Assembly: GCF_009834535.1 (NCBI RefSeq)
Contig: NC_045697.1
Location: 10,418,001 to 10,478,000, forward strand
DNA: 60,000 nt
Source of the DNA: Camelus ferus
Lineage: Eukaryota
Direction of reading: 5' to 3'
Within the stretch, counting starts at the first letter, position 1; the number at the start of each line of letters is the position of its first letter. A program made the translations under genes and the position numbers. The notes under the pieces were generated by a model. That model had not been told where the DNA came from. It saw only the letters and a list, made by a program, of their open reading frames with translations, and ran no database searches. Positions 1 to 13,492 of the stretch are shown in pieces.

Positions 1-702
1 GGAACCTTGCCAAGCTCATTCATTTGTGTGTCATCTTTGGCTGTTTCTGAGCTGCAGCAGCAGAACTGAGTAGTTACCTCAGTGCTTGTACTGTTCGCAA
101 AATTGAAAGTACTTACTATTGAGCGTGTTACAGAAAATGCTCACTGACCTGAGGAAGTCAGTAGCCCCCGTCCCAGTTGCCACACTGGGAGAGTCATGTC
201 AATCCAGTTGGGGCATGATGGCTCCACTGTCTTCTTCCTTCACTGATACATGATACAAACAAATAGTAGTACATTTTCTTCTAGCATCCTCAGCTCTGCT
301 GTCACAGAGACAACCAGTTTCTCAGGTGGAAGGAGGAGAGGCTCTAAAAGAGAGCCCCCAGGCTTTTGCTGAGCTGTTTTCCTCTGAGAACTTGAAAATT
401 AAGGAATCCCTTTTATTACTCAGGCCAGAATAAGTTGACTGACTTAATGACTTACAAGTTGTTCTGACTTTCCTAAAAGCAGACCCCACGACAGAAAATA
501 AGTCCAGGTGTTTGACTTGAGAGATGATCTCAAGAGTTGCTGGTGAGGGAGTGGGAAGTGAGGCAGGAAGGCAGGAAGCCAATCTGGGGTTGTCGAGTGA
601 GGCATCTGGAGTTTAATCTTGGAGGCAGTGTAGAACATACTTCAGAGTTTTTGCACCTGAGACAGGAGGAGGTTGAGATATTTTTCTACCCATTGGTTAT
701 GG

Positions 703-1253
703 TGACACTGGAGGGATGGGGGCAGGGCGCAACCATTAAAAGAATGACATAACCATTAAGGACACGACAAAAACTGGTTAGAACCTACTAAGCCCAAGAT
801 GGTGGAAGATTAGAATTCCAGTAAGAACTTGAGCCTCATTATTCTTTCATTGTAATAAATTAGCATACTCATGACATGCCTGCAGGTTCCATGACACTTG
901 GGAGACTGACCATAAAAGGCCAAAAACTGGATGGTTGCCAAATTCCTGGAAATCCCAGCCCTTTCCCTAAAGTAGTTGGAATAATCCTCCCATTGTTAAC
1001 ACCTATGAAATTACCCAGCTCATAAAAACTAACAGCCCCACACCCTGGGGCATCTATCTCTGGCCTTCTGAGATGGCTCCACTCTGTAGAGTATGTATCT
1101 CTCTAAATAAATCTACCTTTACTCAACTGTGACTCACTCTTGAATTGTTTCCTGTGCAAAGCTAAGAACCCCCTCTTGGCAGGGTGTACCCCAAGGACTC
1201 ACCTGAGACCTGGGACACGACCATCCTCTCAGGCTCCCCATTTTTCTGTAACA
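703..1253 (+). mobile_element. MER41-like ERV1 solo LTR
   Basis: TG...CA ends (TGACACTGGAGG...TCTGTAACA) with near-TSD atgg/gtgg. Contains MER41-type blocks CCAAGATGG, AATAAA...CTCTTGAATTGTTTCCTGTGCAAAGCTAAGAACCC. Confidence 0.72.
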
Positions 1254-1369
1254 GTGGGTTGAGGGCTGCTCCCATGAGGACACCTGGCCTGCACTGTAGT
1301 GGCGGCCGAGTAAAGACGTAGAGATGGGATGGTGACGGCAGCTGTGCAGCAGCACTTGCCCTGTGTCCC

Positions 1370-2448
1370 CAAGCCTGTGCTTGTGTCACCTGCACAAATA
1401 TTAACTCTCTGGCTTGCGGTCTGTGACAGAAATTGCCAATAGTAAATAACATCAGTAAATTATCACAAAACAAAGTGCACACATGGACATAACAACAAAG
1501 CACATCAGGGAGCTACTGGAATTTTTCAAAGAATTTAGAATCTCTGGTTTTGAAAATGGCTGCAGCACTCCAAAGCAGATACCCACAGACTTAGAGATAA
1601 AATGAAATTTAAAATTTGCTGCAATGGACAGAAAAGAAGTGGTATGTTCATGTGAAGTTTCAGATGAGCCAGTATTAACAAGGAACCATTTTAAAATTAA
1701 TTTTTTTCTTTTTAAGAAACTGTGAAAGAATGAATAAAGAAGACTTTTGAATTATGTGAAAATCATGAAGCTACTTCTGGCTTGATGCACAACCTCTACA
1801 AGTTACGGAAAATATCAGAGGAAATGTCAAAATGCCATAAAACCAAACTCAGACTTACCAGACTGACTTGTGAGAAGAGTTTAATCTTTTTAGAAAAATT
1901 ACTCTGCAAATTATCAGTTCTACATGTACTAAAACTTACTCTATGAAATAAACTGTCATTATTTATTCCATTGCTGTCAAAGCCTATAAAAGACATTTTA
2001 GCTCCAGTAACAGAGATATCAGCAGAAAATCCTTTTCAAAACTTAGAATTATTTGTGATCTTGAATTTGCAAAGAGTGAGTGACAAGCTTCAATCAAATT
2101 GATTGAAGTTTCTAAAGATATGAACTTTGATGACTTGACACATGAATTTGCAGAAAGGTGAACCAGAAAAATCTTATGATCAATTAAGATATCACATTAA
2201 TAAAGTATTATTATTTATTGTATTACATAAAATTGTATATTATATATTGTGTTATGTAAAACTATGGCATCAAAGTACTATATTCTTGCAATTTGTAAGT
2301 TTATGTTATTATTCATAACCGTCATATTTTGTAAGTAATAAAATATTTTTAAAGGAAAATAGTTTATATTTTAGTAAATTTAGCTGCACTTTTCTCCCTA
2401 TTTTTTAGATATTTTGTACTCGGCTCCACAGATTATGTAGCCGGCCCT
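1370..2448 (+). mobile_element. hAT (Tip100/Zaphod-like) DNA transposon remnant
   Basis: Degenerate hAT dimerisation-domain coding at ~1990-2170 (APVT..SAE..FSKL...NFDDL..EFAE). Terminal repeat ATTATGTAGCCGGCCCT at ~2432-2448. Confidence 0.65.
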
Positions 2449-2529
2449 TCCTCCAGAACTGTGATTTCTTTGGGGTCATATGGATGAATGTCAAAGAAGA
2501 TCCAGGACCTCTCTGCAGCTCCATCTTAA

Positions 2530-3106
2530 AAATATTCTGCTTTGGCGCAATTATTTTGAATTAAAGTTACTTGAGAAACAGCCAGTATAAGAAGGACACT
2601 CTGATGGTCCTCTGTAAGCAGGAGTTTAATCACTCATGTGAAATGTACCCTCTCTGTTCCAGGAAATTTGGGACAAGGAGGCTGTATAAACAAACCCTGC
2701 TACTTCTTCACTAGTTTACTGCCCTAAGCCCAAACCCCTTTTTCTTGTTAGTTCTTCCCAAATTTACTGCCTCTGTCCATTTTATTTTATTTGAGTTTGT
2801 TTGTTTGTTTTTTTAATGGAGGTACTGGGGATTGAACCGAGAACCTGATGCATACTAAGCATATACTCTACCACTGAGCTCTACACCCACCTTTTTATGT
2901 GCATTTTATTTTATTTACTGCCTCTATCTAAAAGGTATAAAAGCTTTCTTCTTTGATCACTTCTTTGAGTTTCATAATTTTATGCGGCTCCTATATGTAT
3001 GAAATTAAATTTGCTTTTCTCCTGTTAATCTAGTTTATGTCAATTGAATTATTAGACCGGCCAACGAAACTAAAAGGGATGACTGGCAAATTTTCCACCC
3101 CTCCAA
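2530..3106 (+). mobile_element. ERV1 LTR (MER34-like), interrupted by a SINE
   Basis: Typical 3' block ATTAAATTTGCTTTTCTCCTGTTAATCT...TTTTCCACCCCTCCA. Boundaries approximate. Confidence 0.5.
2795..2892 (-). mobile_element. tRNA-Ala-derived SINE (Vic-1-like)
   Basis: Reverse complement of TAGCTCAGTGGTAGAG...GGTTCAATCCCCAGTACCTCC with A-rich tail. Confidence 0.8.
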
Positions 3107-3109
3107 TGC

Positions 3110-4255
3110 CCTCTTGTTCTTGGAGACATTAAAAATCAAAAGTCTTCTGAGTTACACAATTAATGGATCAGAGCCATATTCCCAAGTGTGGTTTGCGCTG
3201 TCCTAAAAATCCAGTGAAGTCTTCCAAGGGCCATACTTCTTTCACAGCAGTGGGAGGTACAAGGTACAAGATGTAATAACATGTTCTTTATTTTGGAGGG
3301 GATGTCTTGGCATGCCCCAGACCCCTGGCTCACTTTAACTTTACTCTTGAACCTTTGTAGGGTTGGTTTATCTCTCACATTCTAGCCTGCATGTGTTTTA
3401 CCGGGGCATCTAGGAAACTTGCTACTTCACGACTACTAGTTTTAACTAACATGATATCAATACAAGGGGCCAGACTGATGTTATGCAGAATGTTTAGACA
3501 ATCAAGGCCTTTCAATGAACTATTCCAACAGTGTCACTAGGACTGGCTCTAGGTGTCCTTGCCAGATGGTTAAATTTTGAGTTACGGGAGATTGCTCCTT
3601 GTCAATACACTCCTTCTTATCTAGCTTTGGATGTTCCATACCACCATCTCCAGTCCAGTACCATTCTCAGACATGCTCTTCCAGTTCCAGGCATATAAAT
3701 TAGGCAGATACTATAATTATTTTAGTTAAAAATCCCATTTCTAAACAAGTCAGAGCCTTTCTGCACGTGCATGGTGCTCATGTGTGAACCCAGTTATAGA
3801 GCAACGAAGGGAGGCAGGTCCTGAAGAGGGCAACCATCGCCTGGCAATGTGAAGACTGAGCAGGTCTCCAGGCAAAGGGAGTTGCTGTTCTCCATTGGGG
3901 TGAAAGCCAGCCCTACGAACTCTGGGGGTTCAAGGTTTTTCAGTCACGTGTAGAAAGAGATCCCCATCCTAAGTCTCAGGGTCCCAGTTCTTCCCTAGAA
4001 GGGAAGGAGACCTACCAGGGCTGTGAATTTAGATCTCCTGTCACTCTGCTCTGCTCACAGTGAAGATGCTCGCTCGAATGATGTTAGCACAGTCTGCCCT
4101 TTGGCTACAGGAGATGAGGGTCTCCTTAAATGCACCATAGAGGTCTTCCAGCCTCACATCATGCCCAAGTTGATAGCTGGCTGACCTGATTCTGTCATTT
4201 TCTTCCTTTAGCACATCGGTGGTGCAGAAAGCAACTCGACGAGGGGGCATCCTGT
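3110..4255 (-). mobile_element. ERVL internal (gag/pol) remnant
   Basis: Degenerate ERVL RT peptide (SGACQDIPSKIKNMLLHL) and gag-like coiled-coil remnant (LKEENDRIRSA). Confidence 0.6.
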
Positions 4256-4339
4256 ACTACGTATAGGAGTATCAAACTGTCAGATTGTACACTTTAAATA
4301 TTTGCAATTTGTCAGTTTTATACCTCACCATAGCTGAAA

Positions 4340-4895
4340 ACAAAATCACAAGACTATCTTATCAATGGAGAAAGTATTGACTTAAACCTGCACAACACTT
4401 CTTGCCCTTACTTACCATGTTTTTCCTGGTAGCTTCCCATACTTTTCTCCCCCACTCCCCTTTACCTATTAAGAAGGAATTTAATCCTGAATTCTAAGCC
4501 ACTTCAGGGAGTTACTTATTTTCTTCTAGGCATCTCCCATGTATACATGAGGGATATATATGTTAATAAATCTGTTATTCTCTGTCTTTTATTACAGGAC
4601 CTCCGCCAAGAAATTGAAGGGGCAGAAGGAAAATTATTTTTCCTCCTCTGCATCTGCCTTTAGCAAAATCCCTGAAGTCAGTTTAGCCAGAATCCCTGCT
4701 TATTATTGATGTCTCCTGTTGGTAATTTTCTACCCCCTCCACCCTGTGCCTTGGCTGTAAGTCCCCACTTGTCCATGTTCATACAGACTGGAGCCAACTC
4801 TCTACCAAGGTCTCTCTTCCCCTATTATAATAGTTCCTTAAAAAATATAGCCATCATTGTTTTAAATTCTGTCTGGTTCTGGTTTTCCTTTGACA
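4340..4895 (+). mobile_element. Two ERV1-type LTR fragments (MER34-like then MER31-like)
   Basis: LTR 3' ends AATAAA...TTTTTCCTCCTCTGCA (~4652) and ...TTTTCCTTTGACA (~4895). Confidence 0.45.
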
Positions 4896-6385
4896 CCAGT
4901 GACATCTGGAAGTACTCTCTTTCATTCTCTCCAAGATCCACTGATCATCAGTTCTCCTAAATGTACTCATTCAACTCTTTTTATTTCCATCTGGGATGCT
5001 TCCTCTCACTCATTCAGGAAGTATCTTCTATTTAGAAAAAAGAAGCAACCTTCAGAAGAAAGGTCGTGCTGGTTGGGGAAGGGAGGGTGCTGAGCAAACC
5101 ACATCACCCACAGACCTGGCACTCACCTTCCCCTTTGGCATGTTGCACGTCTGCCCTGGCTTCTCTTTTCTTAGCACAACACAGAAAACCCAGGATTTCT
5201 CATTTTTCACATATCATACTAGTTCCTATCTTACAGCAACTCATGGTGATGGGGGAGGGTGGCTTGTGTAAGATCAGAGTATGAATTGCTGCCAAATATG
5301 CTAAAAAAGCTTTAGTTTTGCCCCTACAGCGATGGGGAACTACTGGAGATTGAAACACTTCTCCCAGGGGGATGGCTGCTGTGTGTGCCTGTCCTTAACT
5401 CATTCCACAAGTACTACTGCGTGTCTGTAGGTTCCAACCCCTGTTGTAAGTCTGCAGTGAGCAGACACACATGCACGTCTTCTCGCAGTGCACATTCTAG
5501 TAGGTGGGGGAGACAAACAGCAAGTAGTCTGTATGAAGAAGTAAATTGTATTTGAGAAGGTGATCCATGCTATGAAGAAGAATAGCAGGGAAGGGTGACA
5601 GAAAGTGCTGGGCCGGGGGCTATGGTGTTACGTAGGAAGGGCTGGAAAATCTCCCTCAGCAGATGATAGCTGAACAAAGATTTGAAGAAGTGAAGGGATT
5701 AAGCCAAGCTGATCTCTGCAGAAGGAACCTTTCAGGTAGAAGGAACAGCAGGAGCAAAGGTCCTGTGGTGGCCTCATGTTTGAACTATTCAAGGAAACGC
5801 AAGGAGGCCAGGACAGCAGGATCAGTGTGAGGGAGGGGAAGAGGCCAGGTCAGGTTGGGTCTTGTAGGCCATTTTGCAGACTTTTCTCTGAATGTGATGG
5901 AAAGCCACCAGAGGCCTATTGAAAAGAGCCCTCTAGCCACAGTTTACTGACGCCTCCAAAGACTGGTTGAGGATGTAAATTAAATATAAATCACTAAGAA
6001 GGTGAAGTGCTATCCTGGTGGAGTTTCATCTGGGAATGGGTGACTCTGACCTCTATGGCTGTGAAATAATGTCATATCCAAGATACACAACACTGTATTC
6101 CTCTAAAATGTCACATTACATGTGTTCGAACTTCTGTCAAAGCTGTGTTTGTCCCTGGGGTCAAATAGATCTGGATTGATGGCACAGGGTTTTTGGAAGT
6201 CCCTTGTGGAAGGGGTTATCAGATAACAGAGGAATTCTGGAAAGTGAGAAGACTTAGAAGGTCATCATTATATCTATAGAGGGGATTGGTTGTGTCTGAG
6301 TGTGTGCACTTGTGTGTGTGTAGACACCAACCATCCTGGTGGGTCCCTGACAGTGCCAAGTGGTGTCCTTTGTCCCGGTGCCACT

Positions 6386-6882
6386 ATTTATTTAGTTATC
6401 TATTTATTTATTTATATTGAAGTACAGTCAGTTACAATGTGTCAGCTTCTGGTGTACAGCACAATGTCCATACAGTCATGCATATACACATATATATTCG
6501 TTTTCATATTCTTTTTTATTAAAGGTTATTACAAGATATTGAATATAGTTCCCTGTGCTACACAGAAGAAATTTTTTTTTTAAATCTGTTTTTATATGTA
6601 GTGGCTAACATTTGCAAATCTCAAACTCCCAAATTTATCCCTTCCCACCCTCTTTCCCCTGGTAACCAAAAGCTTATTTACTATGTCTGCAAGTCTGCTT
6701 CTGTTTTGTAGATGAGTTCATTGGTGTCTTCTTTTTCGCTTTTTTCTTTTGATTCCACATATGAGTGATATCCTATGCTATTCTTTCTCTTTCTGACTTA
6801 CTTCACTTAGAATGACTGTCTCTAGGTCCATCCATGTTGGCGCAAATGGCATTATTTGATTCTTTTTTTTATGGCTGAGTTG
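6386..6882 (-). mobile_element. L1 3' end (lineage-specific, 5'-truncated)
   Basis: T-rich tail plus L1 3' UTR/ORF2 end (GATTCCACATATGAGTGATATC...CATCCATGTTG). Similar to copies at 11.3 kb and 25.8 kb. Confidence 0.8.
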
Positions 6883-8659
6883 TGTCATTATTTAATAGCA
6901 TCGCTCTCTGTTAGGGAGAGCCTTAGGGAGAGAAGGCAGTGTGAGACACAGAGCCACGAACTGGTGGCGGGGGTGAGGGGTGTCCAGCTACCAAAGAGCG
7001 ACCCAGCCACGGCCCAGGTGTAGGTTCCTAGCGAAAGTGGTCACTGCAGGCAATGATGGGACAAACCCATACTGCCTTTCAGACAGTCTACATCAGTCAG
7101 GGTCCTAGGAGGACCTGGATAACACATTCAAGTTTGGATAATTTGAGGAGGGTTTAATAAAGGACCATTGACCAAGGTATCGATAGTGTGCAGAAACACC
7201 AAGGCCTGAAGGACCAGTGGATGAAGTGGCTACCAGAATCTGGAAGGGAAGAGTCCCATGGAGAGGTCACCTTGAAAGGAGCAGTGACCTTCTGTCCATG
7301 AACTCAGTAGGTGTGAGACAAGCCTGCAAGGAGGGAGCCAGCTGGGGAAATGGCTGTGCTCTCAATGAAGGCGTGCCCCTCAATTCACCTGTTGAAATCC
7401 TAACCCCCAAAGATGGTGGGATTAGGAGGCGGGGCTGCTGGGAGGGGCTGATGCCACGGGGGTGGAGTCTGATGAATAGGACGGGTGCCTTGTGAAAGAG
7501 GCCCCACAGAGACCTCTCAGCTCTTCTACCACGTCAGGACGCTGCCGCGAGAAGGCGCAGTCTGTGTATCAGAAAGAGATCCCTCACCTAAACATGGCCC
7601 CGCTCGTGCCCTGATCTTGGACTTCATCATGGATCTTGGATCCCAGCCTCCAGAACTGTGAGAAAGACATTCCTGCTGTTTAGAAGCTACCCGGTTTTTG
7701 TATTTTGTTATAGTGGCCCGAATGGACTAAGACAGGAAATAAATAGCTCACTCTCCTTCCTCCCTCTGGAAGAGCCTGCTGGGGCCGGATGGGGGCAGAG
7801 AGCCAAATGGAGGCGGGTGGAGGATCTGGAGGCCCAGGTGGGGGTGTCCAGCACTCAAGCTCTTCAGTACACGTCACCAGTGAGGACTGAGCAGGAAGGG
7901 AAAATCCTGACAGAAGCCGCGGGCTGTGGGCAGCCTCTGTGACCAGAAATGAAATGCCCACCACGAGGACCCACAGAGATGGTGACGTGGAGACCCTTTG
8001 AAACAGGCTGACGTTCTGCAAAGCAAGTGAAGACTTCAGAAGACAGTGAAAGAGAGGTGACTGGGGTTACGGTGACCCCATTGTGAACTTTGGCATCACA
8101 GGACTCAGGGAAATGGGTGTGCAAAACTTGGAAAGATTTCTGAATTTCCAAACAGTCTTCTTTTAGTCATGCACTTACCTACCAGGGCTCCTCTCTAAGA
8201 GCACTTCCTGTCTGCCAGCTCTGTTCTCAGGGTCCCCAGGGTGGCACAGATGGGTCAATGCTGAGAGGAAGGATGTTGTCATCCGCTCTGTGTGGCTGTG
8301 AAACGTGAAATGACAAGGATGCAGCTGTGTACACACTTGATTATGTTGATTTCAACTGGAGGGTGATTGGATAAGCAAGCCTGATAAGATGAGAACTAAG
8401 AGCTGCCCCGATGGTCCATCTTATAACATAAGCAGCTATTTTTGTTTTAGATCATATTTGGTGATTCTTATATTATTCCTGAAAAGGCAATACACACACA
8501 TGGTTCAAAAATAAAAACAAAAAAATAAAAATAAAAACAACATAAACAGCCTCACTCCCATCCTTGTTACCTCTTCTGTCCCCACCTTTCACTCGGATAA
8601 CTATTTTCATTCTTTGTGAAAATGCAAACACATATGAATAAATATTATTACTTCCTATT

Positions 8660-8808
8660 TTTCTTTTTCTTTTTCTTTTTTTTTTCATTTTTTGGTGGGG
8701 AAAGCAATTAGGTTTATTTATTTACTTGTTAACAGAGGTACTAGGCTTTGAACCCAGGACCTCATGCATGCTAAGCATGCACTCTACCACTGAGCTATAC
8801 CTTCCCCT
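8660..8808 (-). mobile_element. tRNA-Ala-derived SINE (Vic-1-like)
   Basis: A/B-box tRNA-like head, AAATAAACCTAATT tail and poly(A). Flanked by cttcctattttt / cttcctacttttt repeats. Confidence 0.82.
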
Positions 8809-9810
8809 TCACTTCCTACTTTTTCTTACACAAAAGGGAGTGTTCAACACACAATACTTTGTATCTTGCTTTTTTAATGCTTACTAATATATCCTAGAGA
8901 TTACTTTGTATCAACACAAAGAGTGATTTCTCACTATTTTTTATGGCTACATAATATTCCATGGGAGAGATGTTCATAATTTATTTAACCCATTCCCTGT
9001 TAGGAGCATCATTTGGTTTGTTTGTATTCATTTTCCCTTATTGACAATGTTCCAGTGAGTAATCTAGTATTCTCATCACTTCTTATGTTGGCAGGGATAT
9101 TTGTAGGATAAGTTCCTAGAAATGTGGTCAAGAAGTAAACGCATTTGTAACATTGATGTATTGATATACTAATTCTTCACTGGCTCTCTGTAATCTAAGC
9201 AGTGAAATGAACAACCACAATTATTATTTCCAGGTGAAAATCTCTGAGGAGGAAAATAAATGCTAGGTCCAGATAGAACCTTCAGTCAGTGTAGAGTGCT
9301 GCTTCCTGCTTTTGATGAACATTTCTGAGTGTTTATTCGTGTCTGAGTGCCAGCTCCATGTATACCCTGAGAATCCAGCTTGAAAAAAATCTAGCCATTT
9401 GGTTATTACTGTGGATAAATACTCTACCCCACCTCCAAAGAAATGAATTTCTTAATTATTTAAGAGACTCCAGGTTTTAATTCCAGCAGTCTAAAAGCTT
9501 CAGAGAACAAAGTTAAGACAATCTAAGAGCTGGAAATTCCTCCACCAGGGCAAATACTGTTAGATTGATGGATGTACTAGGGTTTCAAAGACAGTCTGAA
9601 AAAATCCTCTCATTCCTTGCAACAGAGGCTTAAGCTTCAAAATTACATGGTAAAAAAGACCTTTATTTTGCAAGTAACCACGGACTTCAGGGGAAAAAAA
9701 GTAAAAATTAAACAAAACACACCATTAACAACAATAACCAGGTGTGAGAAAAACAAAACAAAACAAACACCACGTTCCAGTGTTTTTGCTAATACACAGC
9801 AAGGTGGGCT

Positions 9811-10428
9811 TGTAACCAAGCAGGACCCTATGGGGCCTTCCCGGGACAGACCCCTCCATGTCCTCCACCTGCCTCTTGTCTGTAGAAAAACTCTAGCCTC
9901 CTAGGCCTTGCCTAAGTTCTAAAGAGTAAATTTATTCAAAGAAGTGAGAAAATGCAGAAAGAAAGGACAAGAAAGTCAAGCAAGACAAAATAAAAACAAT
10001 TCAGTCATTAAACAAAGTCAAGGACCTTTAGCCCCTCCTCATGGGCTATCAATAATATTCTGAGCCATGTCCTTTGAACTGTTTTGCAGAGGCTGAAACC
10101 CCCACCAGATGGAAGAAGATGACTGTATGCTTCCCCCAGGTCAGTTGGAACCGGAAGTTTGATGATATTGACTCCCAATTACATCATCACCAACCAATCA
10201 GAAGAATGTCCACAAGCTTATCATGAGCCCCACAACCCTCTCCCTCACCCTGTCTCTAAAAACTTTCCCCTGAAAGCCAGCTGGGAGTTCAGATCTTTTG
10301 AACATGAGCCTCGCGGACTCTTTGTTTGGTGCCCTGAGCCAATGCTCCTCCTTCCTTCACCACAACCCGACGTCAATCCATCTGGCTTTACTGTGCAAAA
10401 GAGTGAGCCCGAGTTTGGCTCAGTAGCA
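9811..10428 (+). mobile_element. ERV1 solo LTR
   Basis: TGTAACCAAGCAGGACCCTATGGGG...GGCTCAGTAGCA with CCAAT box. Related to the inverted LTR at 12867-13492. Confidence 0.72.
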
Positions 10429-11274
10429 GATTGGGGAAAGCTTTTCTCATTAAAGAAAAACACAAGAAAGCCTGGCCTTTTAATGAGTTGTGAAAAATAG
10501 ACTGTCCAGTAAAGCTTAACTATTAAAGACCCTCAGGGGGAGAAAGGGTGTAGCCCCACAAAATACCCCGCTAACTGAGAACTTTCTTATCAATCTCCAA
10601 TATTTTGGTTTTAGCCATTTTTGTTTGTGGCTAAAGGTTTGCTTCACAAGGCAGGGCTGGGGTTGGTGTGCATCTGAAAAACTGTATTGAATTTGTATTT
10701 TGCAGTACAAGCCAAACCCAGGAAGTGACACTCAACATTTTCTGGGGCTGAGAGTAGACATGGTGAGAAGGTGTTGAAATAGGTTAAGAAAGACTGAAAA
10801 ACTACCTGGTCTTGCAAAGACGATGCCCTGGATTGAATATGAATCTTTTCTGGGTGAGCCAGGCCGTCATCTTGAACCTGGGTTATTGTAGCGTCCTGCA
10901 GGTGCGTCGGGCTGTTAATCCTGCTGGTGGCCTTGGAAGGATGAGATTTGGAGTGATTTTCACAGTTTTTCTGTGTGCTGTATGGTTGTGCAGTGGCCAG
11001 CCAGGTCTCTTTCCATGATGCTCAGTCTTCAGTGTGTCTTTCTGGGCCCAAGGTCAAACATCAGTTCCACAGCATCTCTGTCTTGTGACCTTGGCTGACA
11101 AGATGGTACTTCTCCTGTCTGTAAGAGGACAAAGCACACAAGTCCAGGACTGTTGTAAACAGCGTTCCTCCTGTTAAGGAAAACAACTCTGCAATCCCAC
11201 CCTCTCTTCACCACCCCTTCCTGTTAATGTTACAGAGAATCATTTTCATCTACAGGGAATTCCTTAGTAAATGT

Positions 11275-11985
11275 TTTCTTTCTTTTTTCTTGTTTTATTG
11301 GAGTATAGTCGATTTATAATTTTGTGTCAATTTTTGGTATACAGTGTACTGTTTTAGTCATGTATATACAAAAATATATTCCTTTTCATATTCTTTTTCA
11401 TTATAGTTTACTACAAGATATTGAATAAAGTTCCCTTTGCTATACAGTAGAAACTTGTTCTTTATTTTACATATAGTAGTTAGTATCTGCAAATCTTGAA
11501 CTCCTAATTTATCCCTTCCCACCCCTCTCCCCTCTGGTAACCATAAATTTGCTTTCTATGTTTGTGTGTCTGTCTATGTTTTGTAAATAAGTTCATTTGT
11601 GTCCTTTATTTTAGATTCCACATGTAAGTGATATCATACGGCATTGGTCTCTCTGTATGACTTACTTCACTTAGAATGATGATCTCCAGGTATATCCATG
11701 TTGCTGCAGATGGCATTATTTTATTCTTTTCTATGGCTGAATAGTATTCCATAGTATAAATATACCACAGCTTCTCTATCCAGTCATCTGTCGATGGACG
11801 TTTAGGCTGTTTCCATGTCTTGGCTATTGTAAATAGTGCTGCTATGAACATTGGGATGCAGGTGTCTTCTCCAGATATATGCCCAGGAGTGGGATTGCTG
11901 GATCATAGGGTAAGTCTATTTTCAGTTTTTTAAGGCATCTCCATATTGCTTTCTATAATGGCTGCACTAAACTACATTCCCACTA
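11275..11985 (-). mobile_element. L1 3' end (ORF2 C-terminus + 3' UTR)
   Basis: ORF MFIAALFTIAKTWKQPKRPSTDDWIEKLWYIYTMEYYSA is the L1 ORF2 C-terminus. Confidence 0.9.
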
Positions 11986-12371
11986 GAGAATAAATATTTA
12001 ATTTTTAAAAATCCAATAACACCATCACTTTGATTAACAGTGTTTAATATCAGTTAATGGTTTTAATATGTATAAAGTATTTGGTGTCAATACCTATATA
12101 GCCCCAAATTGAAACAGAAGAAAGTGTTTCTCACCTCAGCCATGTGTTGTTCATCGGGACTGGCATGCTGGTGCAGCCTTCACTGTGGGTGCCTACAGCA
12201 TTTGCAGCTCAGTGTCTTTGGTACAGCACTGTGCACAGGAGTCAGTGCATAGAACTGGGTGGGTCTTCAGTTAAGTTACTTGATCTCTGCCACAATCAGG
12301 GTTCTTAGTATGTACAACAGAATCAGCTCCAAGTAATATATTACAGGATGGTAAGTTCCAGAATCTCTAGG

Positions 12372-12600
12372 AGATTGGAAGAATAAATATTGTTAAAATG
12401 GCCATGCTACCCAAAGCCATCTACAGATTTAATTCAATCTCTATCAAATTACCCAGGACATTTTTCACAGAACTAGAACAAATAATCTTAAAATTGATAC
12501 GGAATCACAAAAGATCCAGAATTGCCAAAGCAATACTGAAGAAAAAGAACGAAGCTGCAGGAATAACCCTCCTAGACTTCAGACAATACTACAGAGCTAC
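12372..12600 (+). mobile_element. Isolated internal L1 ORF2 fragment
   Basis: [68 protein letters not shown] is L1 ORF2. Confidence 0.88.
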
Positions 12601-12866
12601 AGAACCTCTAGGCAGATGGAATTAGGAAAGAGCCAGAAATAATATCCAAATTATATCACTGATCCAGTTGAGAGCCTAGCACCCAGATCTCGGGGCAAAG
12701 GAACTGAACCATGGGTGTGCAGCCCAAGATGTGACCAACCGACTCTTCCTCTGGAAACTGGATGCCTATCACACTCAGTTTCCAAATCTATAAAATGGGT
12801 ATAACAATCGTATTTACCTCATGGAGCTATTTTTAGGATTTAATAATGTGACATATATAAAGAGGC

Positions 12867-13492
12867 TATTATGGAACCAAATTTGGGTAGGCTCACCCAC
12901 TGTGCAGCAAAAACAATCTACTGACACCAGGTTATGGCAAAGGAAAGAACAGCATTTATTGCAGATGCTAAGAGAGGGGAATGGCCAATACATGCTCAAA
13001 AGACCCAAACTCCCCATGGCTTTCAGGGAAAGATTTTTAAAGGCAACATTTGGAGTGATGGTTGTAGCTGGTAGACTTTCTTCTGGTTGGTTGGTGACAA
13101 GGTAATAAGATAATGTTTCTGGAATCTTAATCATCAAACCTTCTGGTTCCAACCAGTCCAGTGTCCACAGGCTGGTGTAGTTATCTTCCTCCACCTGGGT
13201 AGGGGTCAGGGGTCTTAATTTCTGCAGAACAACTCAAAGATGTGTGTCAGATTGTTGTGCACCTCCCTTGGGAAGGACCCAGGGCTCTGTTTATCACTGG
13301 ACTCTTGTTTCTTGGCTGCTTTTCCTTTGATTCTGCATTTTCTCACTTTCCTCATTAGTTAACGGCTTGAATCTGTTCTTTGGAACTCAGGGAAGACCTA
13401 GGACACTAAAGTCTTTTTCTACAAATAAGACACAGGAAACATGGAGGGGCTTTTGTATCCAGGAGGGCCCCACAGGATCCGGCTTGGTTTCA
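12867..13492 (-). mobile_element. ERV1 solo LTR inserted in a MIR
   Basis: Minus strand starts TGAAACCAAGCCGGATCCTGTGGGG; near-TSD aggc/agcc; MIR sequence continues on both sides. Confidence 0.72.

Noticed and set aside
1..700. Possible 3' end of BST1, the usual upstream neighbour of CD38
   Set aside because: No BST1-like coding sequence recognised.
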